DNA of 58,482 bases, from contig NIVC01003540.1 of the NCBI GenBank assembly GCA_002269645.1, positions 1 through 58,482 of the forward strand, read 5' to 3'. The translations under genes were made by a program, and so were the position numbers. Shown here piece by piece: positions 47,423-58,482 of the stretch. Positions within the stretch are counted from its first letter, which is position 1. Each line of letters starts with the position of its first letter. The notes beneath the pieces were generated by a model. It saw nothing but the letters and a program-made list of their open reading frames with translations, did not search any database and was not told the DNA's origin. This DNA comes from Macrostomum lignano. Taxonomy: Eukaryota.

Positions 47423-50400
47423 CTATTGGTCACTCGGCATCAACGACTCGACGCTGCGCCTGGCCCGCTGCGCCCTGCGCTGGTGACTCTGGTCCAGCAC
47501 GCGGGCGCGGACCAGGTCGTTCTCTGGCGCCGATGGCGGCGGCACCCGGAACTCCCAGATACGCGCGAAGGCGTCCTCGGAGACGGAGGCCACCCGCTTG
47601 GCCGTGGCCTGCAGATCCCGCACGGCCGCCTTGTGGCCGGCCAGCGAGCGGACGCAGGTCATGCTGGCCACGTGCCACTCCCGGATGGTGCCGTCCGAGT
47701 GCCCCGCCCACAGGCTGCCGCGCCGCAGCCGCAGGACGGTCAGGGCGGCCCGGCCGGGGTCGGCCTGGACGGCGGCCTCGCACTGGCCGGTCCGGGCGTC
47801 CCAGAAGTGCAGGCGGCCGCGCCGGGTGCCCGTCACCAGCAGGTCGCCGCTGGCGTGCAGGCAGGTCACGGCATCCCGGTGGGCACCGAACTGGCGCAGC
47901 AGCCGGCCGGTGGCCAGGTCGGTCAGCCGCAGCTGCCGGTCTGCGTGCGCCGTCGCCAGCTGCTGCTCGCCGGCCACCGCCGCCTGCGTCACCGGCGAGG
48001 GGAACCGCGCCAGCGCCACCTGCCGGTAGGTCGGCGGCTCGTACACCCGCGCCGTGGCGTCGAATGCGGCCGTCACGAGCTTGACGGAGAAAGGTTTTGC
48101 TGGGGTCATTGTCTGGATTTACTTTGGGTCATTGTCTGGATTTACTTTGGGTCATTGTCTGGATTTACTTTGGGTCATTGTCTGGATTTACTTTGGGTCA
48201 TTGTCTGGAGTTTCTTTGGGTCATTGTCTGGAGTTTCTCTGGGTCATTGTCTGGCGACTCACATTCCTGGAGCCCGGCAGGATGTGCACGTAGCAGACGG
48301 AGTCTTCGTGGTCCGTCAGCATCCGCAGGCGGCGGAAGTCCGGCTCGAGGCTCCACAGCATGACACTCATATCCCAGCTCCCCGTGGCCAGCACATTGTC
48401 CCGCATGTGCAGGCAGGTGACGCCGCCTTTGTGGCCGTACAGCTTGCGGATGCTGCGCCCGCTGCGGACGTCCCAGATGCGCACCGACATGTCCCTGGAG
48501 CCCGTCACCAGCCGGCGCTCGTCGAACTGCAGGCACTGGACCGCGTCAAGGTGACCCTGCAGGTGGTAGGCGGCTGACTGACTGACTGACTGACTGACTG
48601 ACTGACTGCCTGACTGACTGACTGACTGACTGCCTGACTGACTGACTGACTGACTGCCTGACTGACTGACTGACTGACTGACTGACTGACTGACTGACTG
48701 CCTGACTGACTGACTGACTGACTGACTGCCTGACTGACTGACTGCCTGACTGCCTGACTGCCTGACTGACTGACTGACTGACTGACTGACTGCCTGACTG
48801 ACTGACTGACTGCCTGACTGCCTGACTGCCTGCCTCCCCTCACCTGCAGCAGCCGGCACTGCAGTATCGGCAGGATGTCGCCCACAAAAGCGCCCCGCTG
48901 GCCGAGCTTCTCCAGGTCCTTCTTGTAGATGAGCCGCTCCTTGGACTCGGACTTCTCCTGTGAATGCCGTCGGGATTCGATTTTTGATTCTTGACTGAGT
49001 CAGAAGACCGTGTAGTGCGAATCGAGGAACTCAGAGTAAAACATTGCCGAAGTAAAGCAAAATAAAAGATCTACGAGCAGGAAGGCAGTTTTTAAAGCAA
49101 AAAAGGAGCCAAGAAAATTAAAAAGTCGGTTCTGGTGCTGACTCGCAAGTTGCAACCAAGGGCTCAGGTGTTGTACACAATGTACTTTGCTGCAGAAGAC
49201 AATAACAGACAACACAGGTGACAAGCTTGGGAGCCACACTGAGAAGCTGATGATGAAGCTGAGAGGCTGATAAGGAGGTGCTGTAGGCGAGTGATGAAGC
49301 TGAGAGACTGATAAGGAGGTGCTGTAGGCGAGTGATGAAGCTGAGAGACTGATAAGGGGGTGCTGTAGGCGAGTGATGAAGCTGAGAGACTGATAAGGGG
49401 GTGCTATAGGCGAGTGATGAAGCTGAGAGGCTGATAAGGAGATGCTGTAGGCGAGTGATGAAGCTGAGAGGCGGATAAAGAGATGCTGGATGCGAGTGAT
49501 GAAGCTGGGAGGCGGATAAGGAGATGCTGTAGGCGAGTGATGAAGCTGAGAAGCTGCAGCTGCAGCATTCTTACTCTCGGATTCACGTTCACGGCCTCCC
49601 TGCCGTACATGTGAATCTCCTTCAGCTGACTCTCCTCGGCTGACAGCTGGGGGAGGGCGGTGCCGTTTGCGGCTATCACTTTCCGTTTAATCATTAACTG
49701 GTTGAATTTTTATTGAATTTACAAGGCAGCCACCAGCCCCATCAGCTCTCAGCCTCACCGTCAGATCCGTGGCTTCCACCAGCCGGGGCCGAATGTCCAG
49801 CGCCACGTCCTCCGAGTCCTGGAACTGCTTCAGTCGGCCGAGGATCGGCTTCATCAGCGGCCTGCGGAGTTGTGCAGGTTAGTTTGCGCCCTCGGTGACT
49901 CTGTGTCCTCGGTGACTCTTTGTGTCCTCGGTGACTCTTTGTTTGTGTCCCCGGTGACTCTTTGTTTGTGCCCTCGGTGACTCTTTGTTTGTGCCCTCGG
50001 TGATTCTGTTTGTGTCCCCGGTGACTCTTTGTTTGTGTCCCCGGTGATTCTGTTTGTGCCCTCAGTGACTCTTTGTTTATGCCTTCTGTGACTTTTCGCT
50101 TGTGCCCTCGTTTCATTGAATTTTTCAATTAGTTTTCAAATTCGACATTAATCATTAACTGAACCGAAACAAGCTAACTGTAGTAAGTAGTCGTCAATGT
50201 ACTTTTCCTTCATGGCTATTGTAGGCCAGCACAATGATGCTGATTTTGTACGCTCAGTGGAATAAAGGAATGTTAAATTTTGGGAACTGGTCAGAAACTG
50301 AATACGGAAGCGCTACTCAAGGAGGCTTGAAGCTCGCACTCATGTGCTGCCTGCCTACAAGCCACCAGCCCACTTAGATGAACCCGGTCGGGATTCGGGT

Positions 50401-53400
50401 TCTGGGTCGGGATTCGGGGTCGGGATTCAGGGTCGGGATTCGGGTTCTGGGTCGGGATTCGGGATCGGGATTCAGGATCGGGATTCGGGGTCGGGATTCA
50501 GGGTCGGGATTCGGGTTCTGGGTCGGGATTCGGGGTCGGGATTCAGGATCGGGATTCGGGGTCGGGATTCAGGGTCGGGATTCGGGTTCTGGGTCGGGAT
50601 TCGGGTCGGGATTCAGGGTCGGGATTCGGGTTCTGGGTCGGGATTCGGGATCGGGATTCAGGATCGGGATTCGGGTCGGGATTCAGGGTCGGATTCGGGT
50701 TCTGGGTCGGGATTCGGGGTCGGGATTCAGGATCGGGATTCGGGGTCGGGATTCAGGGTCGGGATTCGGGTTCTGGGTCGGGATTCGGGGTCGGGATTCA
50801 GGATCGGGATTCGGGGTCGGGATTCAGGGTCGGGATTCGGGTTCTGGGTCGGGATTCGGGGTCAGGATTCAGGATCGGGATTCGGGGTCGGGATTCAGGG
50901 TCGGGATTCGGGTTCTGGGTCGGGATTCGGGGTCGGGATTCAGGATCGGGATTCGGGGTCGGGATTCAGGGTCGGGATTCGGGTTCTGGGTCGGGATTCG
51001 GGGTCGGGATTCAGGATCGGGATTCGGGTTCGGGGTTCCCGAAAGATGTTCGGATCGGGGTTAAACCCGAACTCCGAAAAATGGCCAGTGCTGAATGCGC
51101 CTGAGTCACGGCAGCCTCACCTCCGGTCCGCGTACTCCCGGTGAATCCGCTCCAGCACGCTCACTCCGTCCAGCTGCTGCTGCTGCTCTCGCCGCTTCGC
51201 CTTGGCCTCGCCGTCGACTGTAAAGGAGGGATCGGGTGGCAACTGCTGACGGGCGGCTGCTGGGAAGAATTCGCAGTCTCTGTTTTAAAGCTGCTGGTTG
51301 GCTGGCAACGGCATTGCAGGATGAAGGAAGGAAGCTGGGGGAGGAAAGAAATGCCAGCGGGGAGACAGAGCTGCTCCTGTTGTGTTTTTCTATTGTTCCC
51401 TGGCTGGCTGTAGCCCAGCTGCTGTACTGATGGGGAGCGCGGAGGCTGGAAACTGGGGACCAGAGCACGGGGCTGCCAGATGGAGGACGCAAAGTTGCAT
51501 CGGCATAAAAGCAAAAGTACGCTCGCAGCAACTTTGGTCGCTGCCAGCCAGGTGGAACTCAAGCAGCAAGTTTCTCCATCCCATGAGGTGGTCAGGAATT
51601 GGGAAGCGTCTCTCTGGTGCTTTCTGAATCGATCCGAGCATATCCAAGAGTTGCTTAATCTGCATGAGGCTGGGGTGTTTTCAAATGGTTCTATTTTTAG
51701 CAGCATCAAGCTTGTCTCTGATTGGCTGTAGATTTCCACCCACCCCACTCGCTGGCGTGAAAGGACAAAATTGAAAGCGAGAAGCAGATTACCTTGCTGC
51801 ATCCTCTGGTCACTGAAAACCATTTGTAAAGAAAAGCTGTTCGCTCACCTTCGCGCTTGCCAGCGGCCGCTCCCTCGGTGACCGCGCGCAGCTTCCTGAG
51901 CGACATCGTCAGACGAGCCAGGCCTGCAACTGTAAACCGGCGCGGCTTCGGCCTCGAGTTTCCCTGCTGCAGCAGTTGCTGCTGCTTCTGCTGCTGTCTG
52001 GCTCGGAAAAGAGCTGCGGGCCGCGCAGTTTGGCAGGGCTGTGTGAGGACTCGCACAGGCGATGCAAAACCCAATAGAAATGGCTTTGGCGCTGAGCTCA
52101 CTGTTGGCAAACATTACCCCGGAGCACACTCTGAGTTCATCTGGCAAACCCCAGAGCTCGAGGGAGAAGGGGCAGAGAGCTTCTGTGTTTGGTCTGAGAC
52201 TCAAGCCCTGAGCAAACTGAGACAAGTTTACGTGTCCTGGGCTGGGTGATGCACAAAATTTGAGAGAGCATACACTAACTACACTACTGCAACAAACAAG
52301 TAGTAAAGAGAGTTTGCTGTGTCGCGTCACCTGCTGCATTGTGCGTGAGATGTCTGGGCAGCGGGAGGCTCTGCCGCGCCTGCCGCAGCATTCGCTCCAG
52401 CTCCCCGTACGTCAGCTTCCAGTCGATGTGCTGCAGCCCGAGGCGCTGCCGCAGCACCCCCGCCAGGTTCAGTAGGCCGTTCTCGAACCCGATCTGCTCG
52501 CAGCGGCGCAGCCAGATGCTCTCGTGGGAGGCGAGCACCCACCAGTGACGGCTGACCTGCGCACAGCTCAGCAGGTCTCTGACCGGCAGCAGAGAGAAGA
52601 TCTTCAGCAGCGTGCGGTCCGGCAGAATGCCGATGTCTGTGCAGTCATGAATTCTGCGACGTGCGGCAGGTTGTACATGTGCAGTGCTTGCAGTAGTGTG
52701 GCTTCGCTGAGAGTGTAAAAATATGCACCAAGACAAGCCCTATGGTTCAAATTCGCATGCTGCAGTCAGCCAGTGCTCACTCAGGCAACTCACCTCTGCA
52801 TGCTGCAGTCAGCCAGTGCTCACTCAGGCAACTCACCTCTGCATGATGCAGTCAGCCAGTGCTCACTCAGGCAACTCACCTCTGCATGATGCAGTCAGCC
52901 AGTGCTCACTCAGGCAACTCACCTCTGCATGATGCAGTCAGCCAGTGCTCACTCAGGCAACTCACCTCTGCATGATGCAGTCAGCCAGTGCTCACTCAGG
53001 CAACTCACCTCTGCATGATGCAGTCAGCCAGTGCTCACTCAGGCAACTCACCTCTGCATGCTGCAGTCAGCCAGTGCTCACTCAGGCAACTCACCTCTGC
53101 ATGCTGCAGTCAGCCAGTGCTCACTCAGGCAACTCACCTCTGCATGATGCAGTCAGCCAGTGCTCACTCAGGCAACTCACCTCTGCATGATGCAGTCAGC
53201 CAGTGCTCACTCAGGCAACTCACCTCTGCATGATGCAGTCAGCCAGTGCTCACTCAGGCAACTCACCTCTGCATGCTGCAGTCAGCCAGTGCTCACTCAG
53301 GCAACTCACCTCTGCATGCTGCAGTCAGCCAGTGCTCACTCAGGCAACTCACCTCTGCATGCTGCAGTCAGCCAGTGCTCACTCAGGCAACTCACCTCTG

Positions 53401-55128
53401 CATGCTGCAGTCAGCCAGTGCTCACTCAGGCAACTCACCTCTGCATGATGCAGTCAGCCAGTGCTCACTCAGGCAACTCACCTCTGCATGATGCAGTCAG
53501 CCAAGTAGGCGATGAGCTGCTGGCTGCAGACGGTCACGAGCTCAGAGAGCAGGTTGATCCGCTCAAACTCGGGCCAAGTGCCGATCCACTGAGAAAGAGA
53601 GAATGAGACGGGAGCGGCAAGTTTATCAGGGACCAAATTGCGAATTGCTTTAACAAAGCTTTGTTGCAAAGTGCATTGATGAAATCACTACAGCGTGAAT
53701 AGCAGTGCACAGAGGACAGTAATAAGCAAACTAAAACTTTATAGAGGTGCGCTAATTTATGATGAGAGCAGCTGTTCTAAGCAACTCACACCTCACATCG
53801 CATCCAGCTCGCTCAGCTCGCTGCAATGGAGCAAAGGGGCGACCCCAGCATTGGTTTGTTAGCCAGTGAAATACGGGCGAGTTCGTTAAGTTTGTATCTA
53901 ATTGGTTAGTAAACAATGCATGAGCAGGGGAGAGAGTGCTGTAGCTTAATCACACTGTCTACTCTATGAGCAAATCTGCAGCCAGATGATGGCGAGCTGC
54001 TCCCAGCCTCACCCCCCAGATCCGGTCGAGCTGAACTCCGAACTCCTTCAGAGTCGGGCCAGCTCGGTCGGCGCCGCCGCCAGACTCTTCGCGTGACGCC
54101 GCGAACGAGACAGAGGCCGGCCGCGACCGGCCTGCCGAGGAGGCCGTTGCGGCGGAGGCGGCTGCGGCTGCGGCGCTGTTGGCAGTGGAGGCAGAGGCGG
54201 CGGAAACAGCAAATGAGCGGACGGCCGGCGACACAGCGGAGGAGCCTCCGGACCGGCCGCAGACCTCGTCGATGGCTGATTGGACGGCTTCAAAAGCCAC
54301 CGAGGCCGCAAGGCTGTTGGCTGCTGACAAATCATCGTCTTCGCCAGTGCCCTGGGGAATGATGTCGTCCAGCAGCTCGGCCAGGAGCTCCCGGGCAGCG
54401 GAGGAGTCGAACTGCGAGTTCGCGTCATCAATATCGTCCACGTCGTCTTCGAACCACGGCTGCTCATCGTCTCCTTCAGCGACTTCGCTCGCCTTCTCCA
54501 ACTCTTCACCCGACGCCCATTCTTCCTTCCCGGAGATCCCGCTTGGATCTGCTTCCGCTTCCGCTTCCGCTTCCGCTTCCGCTTCCGCTTCCGCTTCCGC
54601 TTCCGCTTCCGCTTCCGCTTCCGCATCTGCATCCGTATCCACATCCTGTTCTTCCATCAGTCCGGACGAAGCCACAGGCGACAGCGGCAGCGGCGAGTTG
54701 TTGGTGACCAGCAGCTCAGGGATGGCCCGGCCGAGGCCCAGCTGCTCTTCCTGCCGCTGCCGCTGCTCGTCCGCTTCTGACTCGTCGTCGGCTGTTGAAG
54801 CCTCCGTGCCCGCTGCTGCAGCAGTCGCTGCAATTTCCGCCGCAGCTGCAGCCGCCGCAGCCTCCGTGATGAGGCTGATCCGGCGCCGTGGTCGAGTCTT
54901 TTTCGACCGGCCAGGTGGTGGTGGCCGGTAGGGCTTGAAGTCCCGCCTACGACCAGCGGACGGGTAGCGCAGGCGGACGCAGTTGCGGAAGTCGCGGTGG
55001 AACACCGGCTCCATAATGGTGGCCAGCAGGCGCAGCTGGTCCAGCGAGCAGCGGCCGACAATGCCGGCCAGGAGGGCTCGCTGCTGCCAGGGGCTCCAGT
55101 ATCGGAACTGGTCGATGATGAGTCGCAT
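47423..55128 (-). CDS. F-box/WD40 repeat protein (FBXW10-like architecture). Confident exons: 54013-~55128, 53482-53588, 52331-52653, ~48844-48957, ~48263-48559, 47423-48079; several smaller exons between 49.5 and 52.1 kb
   Basis: Two N-terminal helical repeats (W..QR.LL..I..RCS..QL..L), F-box LPDRTLLKIFSLLPVRDLLSCAQVSRHW, and multiple GH..V.CL...L.TGS.D..V.IWD WD40 repeats. GT-AG phases are compatible. Confidence 0.85.
48100..48255. repeat. 23-bp intronic repeat
   Basis: Unit GGGTCATTGTCTGGATTTACTTT. Confidence 0.9.
48572..48832. repeat. (CTGA/CTGC)n tetranucleotide microsatellite filling an intron
   Basis: Seen directly. Confidence 0.95.
49240..49552. repeat. 41-bp intronic repeat
   Basis: Unit GATGAAGCTGAGAGACTGATAAGGAGGTGCTGTAGGCGAGT. 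Confidence 0.9.
49890..50110. repeat. ~23-bp intronic repeat
   Basis: Unit CCCTCGGTGACTCTTTGTTTGTG. Confidence 0.85.
50385..51035. repeat. Composite GGGATTC(G/A)GG.. ~12-bp satellite
   Basis: Modules TCGGGATTCGGG, TCGGGATTCAGG and TTCTGGG. Confidence 0.92.
52760..53500 (-). repeat. 43-bp array (~17 copies) consisting of an amplified exon-intron junction
   Basis: Minus-strand unit GGCTGACTGCATCATGCAGAG|GTGAGTTGCCTGAGTGAGCACT; the first 21 nt equal the end of exon 53482-53588. Confidence 0.95.
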
Positions 55129-55330
55129 GGAGCCGGCGCCTTTGGCTGAGGCGGCCGCTGCGGTTGCCGCGGCGATTGTGGCAGCTGCAGAGCTGGACAG
55201 GCGGCGACGACCAGGCGGTGCCGTCAGGGGCGCCAGCCGAGGAGGCCGCTGACTGATGGCAAACTGCGACAGCAAACATAATAGCATAATACGGTGAGTA
55301 GTATATATTTGCTTTTACCGGCAGCAAACT

Positions 55331-55345
55331 GTTACCACGGACGAC
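55331..55345. promoter_or_regulatory. X-box (RFX) consensus match upstream of the F-box/WD40 gene
   Basis: GTTACCACGGACGAC fits GYTRYY-N1-3-RRHRAC; ~60 bp from the first visible exon. Confidence 0.35.
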
Positions 55346-57017
55346 TTAAGCGTCGTTTAAGTAGTTCCGTGTCTGTTACCCGAAAAAAATACATGCAAGA
55401 TTCTAAGGACCTACGGGTATTATAACGTCCGTTGTAACCTATGTGTTTCTCAGCTTTAAGGATCTAATGCTTCGTGGATAGAAAAACTGTCCCTAGCCAC
55501 ACATAATACGAAGTATAAATGGAAGCTAATAAATTTGCTGTCTTTCTTATAGCGTGTGAGAAATATAGATTGAAAACAATATTTTTTATTTTTTATTTTT
55601 CTCTCAATAACTCTGTAGACCTTCATTGAAGATTTTTTATCTTTTGCGTCAGGATGTCCCCACTATGTTGTGAAACAAAATTCCTTCTTTATTAACGCTG
55701 TCTATCTTTGTGCTATTTAAAATTTATTGTCTCTTTTATATAGCTTTTGGGCCAATACTATTTGAAGAAAGTACTCGAAACGAACATTGATATCAAGCAA
55801 TTTGTTTTTTTGGTTCTAATTATTTTCAACTAGCTAGCTACTGCTGATAAATAGCACTGATGAAAGAACTTAAAGCTTTATAGTATCCAAAGCTTAAGAC
55901 ATAAAGATGGCATGGTCATATTATTCTGTCCTAGCCTCTAATTTTTCAACGCTGTTACAGAATTATAATATAAAGTTTAATTTACTTATAGAGGCATTAA
56001 TAATCAATTATCAAAAAATAAAATGATGCTTCGCAGAAAACTACTTTTTGATTCCATATTAAAATGACGCTTCTCAAAAAAGTTACCTTAGACTTCGATT
56101 TATTTTTAATAAAGAGCACGCGGTAAAAATAAAAACAAGTAAGAAAAATATTAAATAAGCATTACTTAACCATTTATCTAAAATTGTTTGAAAATAGTAA
56201 CAGATTTTGTTAAAAGCTAAGTTTGCAGTTGCTTCCGTTCGTTTCAAATTCGTTTCAAACTGGTGCATGATCCAATTAGGCCTACCCCTCCTCGACAAAA
56301 GGCTTGACTATATAATACAGTGCTCTCGGCGTTGACTTTGCTTGTATTCATTTATTTGCTACTTAAGCAATATTTCAACATACTGCGTCATTTTAATTTC
56401 AATTTTTGTTTACTTTATACTTGCTTCTTTCTTTCGTTCTTTGTAAAATGGAAAAAATGGTCCATGATAACCAAAAGTAAAATTCCTGGATTTCTTTTGT
56501 GTTGTTGCTACTTGCATTATATATTAATATTATTAGATTTAATTTCTTTTGTATTGTATTGATAATGTTTTCTAGACTTAATGAATGTGATTTCACTTCA
56601 ACCTATGGCTATATCAGCTATGACATGTGAACAATTTTTTTTGCATAATATAATTATAATCATTTTAATTATACCTAATCCATATAGGCATTGGAATATT
56701 TTAAAAAGTGGGGGGGCAGGTACCATTGTCCATTAATGCCCCCATATTTTAAAAGTGGAGGGGCCATACCCTCTGCTCCCCCATTTCACCATATAGGGCC
56801 TATGACTGTTTATTTTCTATAATAATTGTATTAATATATATTAGACATTAGTTAATACTTATAGGCTTGCTTAATAAATAAGGTTAAAATATATATATAT
56901 TTTACATTCATAAAATTAATATTGAATTATATAATTATATAATATTAAATATATATAATTCAATATTAATTTTACAAATGACAAGTAAATAAGAATATAT
57001 TAATTTCTATTGTAGTA

Positions 57018-58322
57018 CGAGGGGCACTAGATAAGTTTTTAGCTGCGGTCAAACCGTTTATTCAAATTAGGCCATATTTTCTGAGCATATTGAATAAGAA
57101 GTTTTATCATGGTCCCCAAAGTTTCATGCACCTAATTGTCACCATTCTCTCACTGTCGCATTTTATCTCAACAAGGTCTGTGACTCTTTCAGCACTGTAA
57201 TGGAGCTCAATCGTGAACACTTTCGTGCCATGATTTTCTACGATTTTAAGAGCGGCTTGACATTTCACCAGTGCCACGAGCGGCTGTCTGCTGCCTTTCC
57301 TAACCTTGCGCCATCCATCGCCACCGTCACCGCCTGGTTCCGGGAGTTCAAGCGTGGCCGAGACAGCTTGGAAGACAAGGTCGAACCGGCCGACCTGTTT
57401 CAGTGACGACACCTGAAACTATCGACCGCGTGCGGCGCATGATTGAGGCTGATTGGCGAGTGACGTATCAAACGATTGAGGCATGTCTTGGAATCTCATC
57501 GCCAACAGTCGCTTCTATCCTTCGTGATCACCTCGCTGTCCGCAAGCTGACCAGTTGCTGGGTGCCGCATTTGCTCACCACCGAGCAGAAGCAGGCCCGC
57601 ATGAGCTGGTGCCAGGAAATGCTGGACAGGTTTGGCGGAGGGACGTCGAAGTCTGTCATAGACATTGTCACATGTGACGAAACGTGGGTGTATTGCTACG
57701 AACCCGAGCGGAAATGCCAGTCGCGTGTGTGGGCTTTTGAAGATGAAGCCCCGCCGACCAAGGTTGTCAGGGGTCGGAGCACTGGCAAGCAAATGGTGGC
57801 AACTTTCTTCCGAAAGACTGGCCACATTGCGATTGTAGCACTCAAGAGCCAGCGCACAGTGACTGCAGATTGGTACTGCACCGTCTGCCTGCCGCGTGTC
57901 ATCAGCAGCCTTAAAGAGGCGCGGCCAAAGTGCGGCGTTCGAGGTCTCTGGCTGCACCAGGACAACGCCAGTGCGCACACGGCGAATCGAACTCGAGAGT
58001 TTCTACAGACGGTGGGCTTCCAGCAGCTCAGTCATCCACCATATTCACCTGACCTGGCACCGTGTGACTTTTTTTTATTTCCATTCATCAAGAATTCCAT
58101 GCGAGGGTGCCGATTTTCCTCTGCCGAAGAGGCTGTTGATGCCTATAGATCGGCCGTTGAGGGGGTATCCCACTCAGAGTGGCGCCACTGCTTTGAAACT
58201 TGGTTTGAGCGGATGAGGCGGTGCATCCAAGCTGATGGAGAGTACTTTGAAAAGCTCTGAAAGTTTCATCTTTATAACTGTTACATGTTGACCGCAGCTA
58301 GAAACTTATCTAGTGCCCCTCG
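57018..58322 (+). mobile_element. Full-length mariner (DD34D), 1305 bp
   Basis: 35-bp TIR CGAGGGGCACTAGATAAGTTT(T/C)TAGCTGCGGTCAA (1 mismatch); TA target duplication on both sides. Confidence 0.95.
57200..58260 (+). CDS. Mariner transposase, one frameshift at ~57378
   Basis: HTH N-terminus, WVPHLLT, TCDETW, HQDNA and YSPDLAPCD with 34 residues between D2 and D3. Confidence 0.92.
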
Positions 58323-58482
58323 TATAGTTGTATTCATTCATATTGGTATTTGAATTAATACTAATACTAATAGAGTATAATAAAATTTAGGCAGTGCTTA
58401 TTTAGCTGGCACTGCACTGGCCAAATAAGTTTGTTACTATTTAGCCGGCAATCTTGCCTACTGCCCATAGTCGAGAAGGTGG

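Noticed and set aside
50344-51144. Gly/Ser-rich 266-aa ORF
   Set aside because: Intronic satellite antisense to the F-box gene.

Overview
Eukaryotic (animal) genomic DNA. The GC-rich exons and minisatellite-filled introns resemble the flatworm Macrostomum, which is an inference only. Bases 1-14137 are the right-hand ~14 kb of an integrated Polinton/Maverick (adintovirus-like) element. It carries a retroviral-type integrase, protein-primed PolB, adenain-like protease, A32/FtsK packaging ATPase, and major and minor capsid proteins. It also has a parvovirus-type PLA2, an adenovirus pX-like protein, a membrane protein with PSAP/LYP motifs, a coiled-coil protein and a core-like protein. Its terminus (...CTACT) abuts a 28-bp minisatellite rich in splice-donor motifs. 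Host genes follow: RNase T2 (+), an intronless DEG/ENaC channel (-), ARHGAP19-like RhoGAP (+), UQCR10 (+), LAMP (+) and an F-box/WD40 gene (-). Between them lie foldback/MITE elements and tRNA-derived SINE fragments, and a DD34D mariner sits near the end. The most notable observations are: (i) a virion-complete element whose small proteins share a basic-P4 (K/R)xGxG or (K/R)xGG putative maturation motif; (ii) intronic arrays built from amplified splice junctions, one placing an in-frame stop behind every extra donor; (iii) recurring single-base frameshifts in short base runs in both viral and host genes, which suggests assembly error rather than decay.
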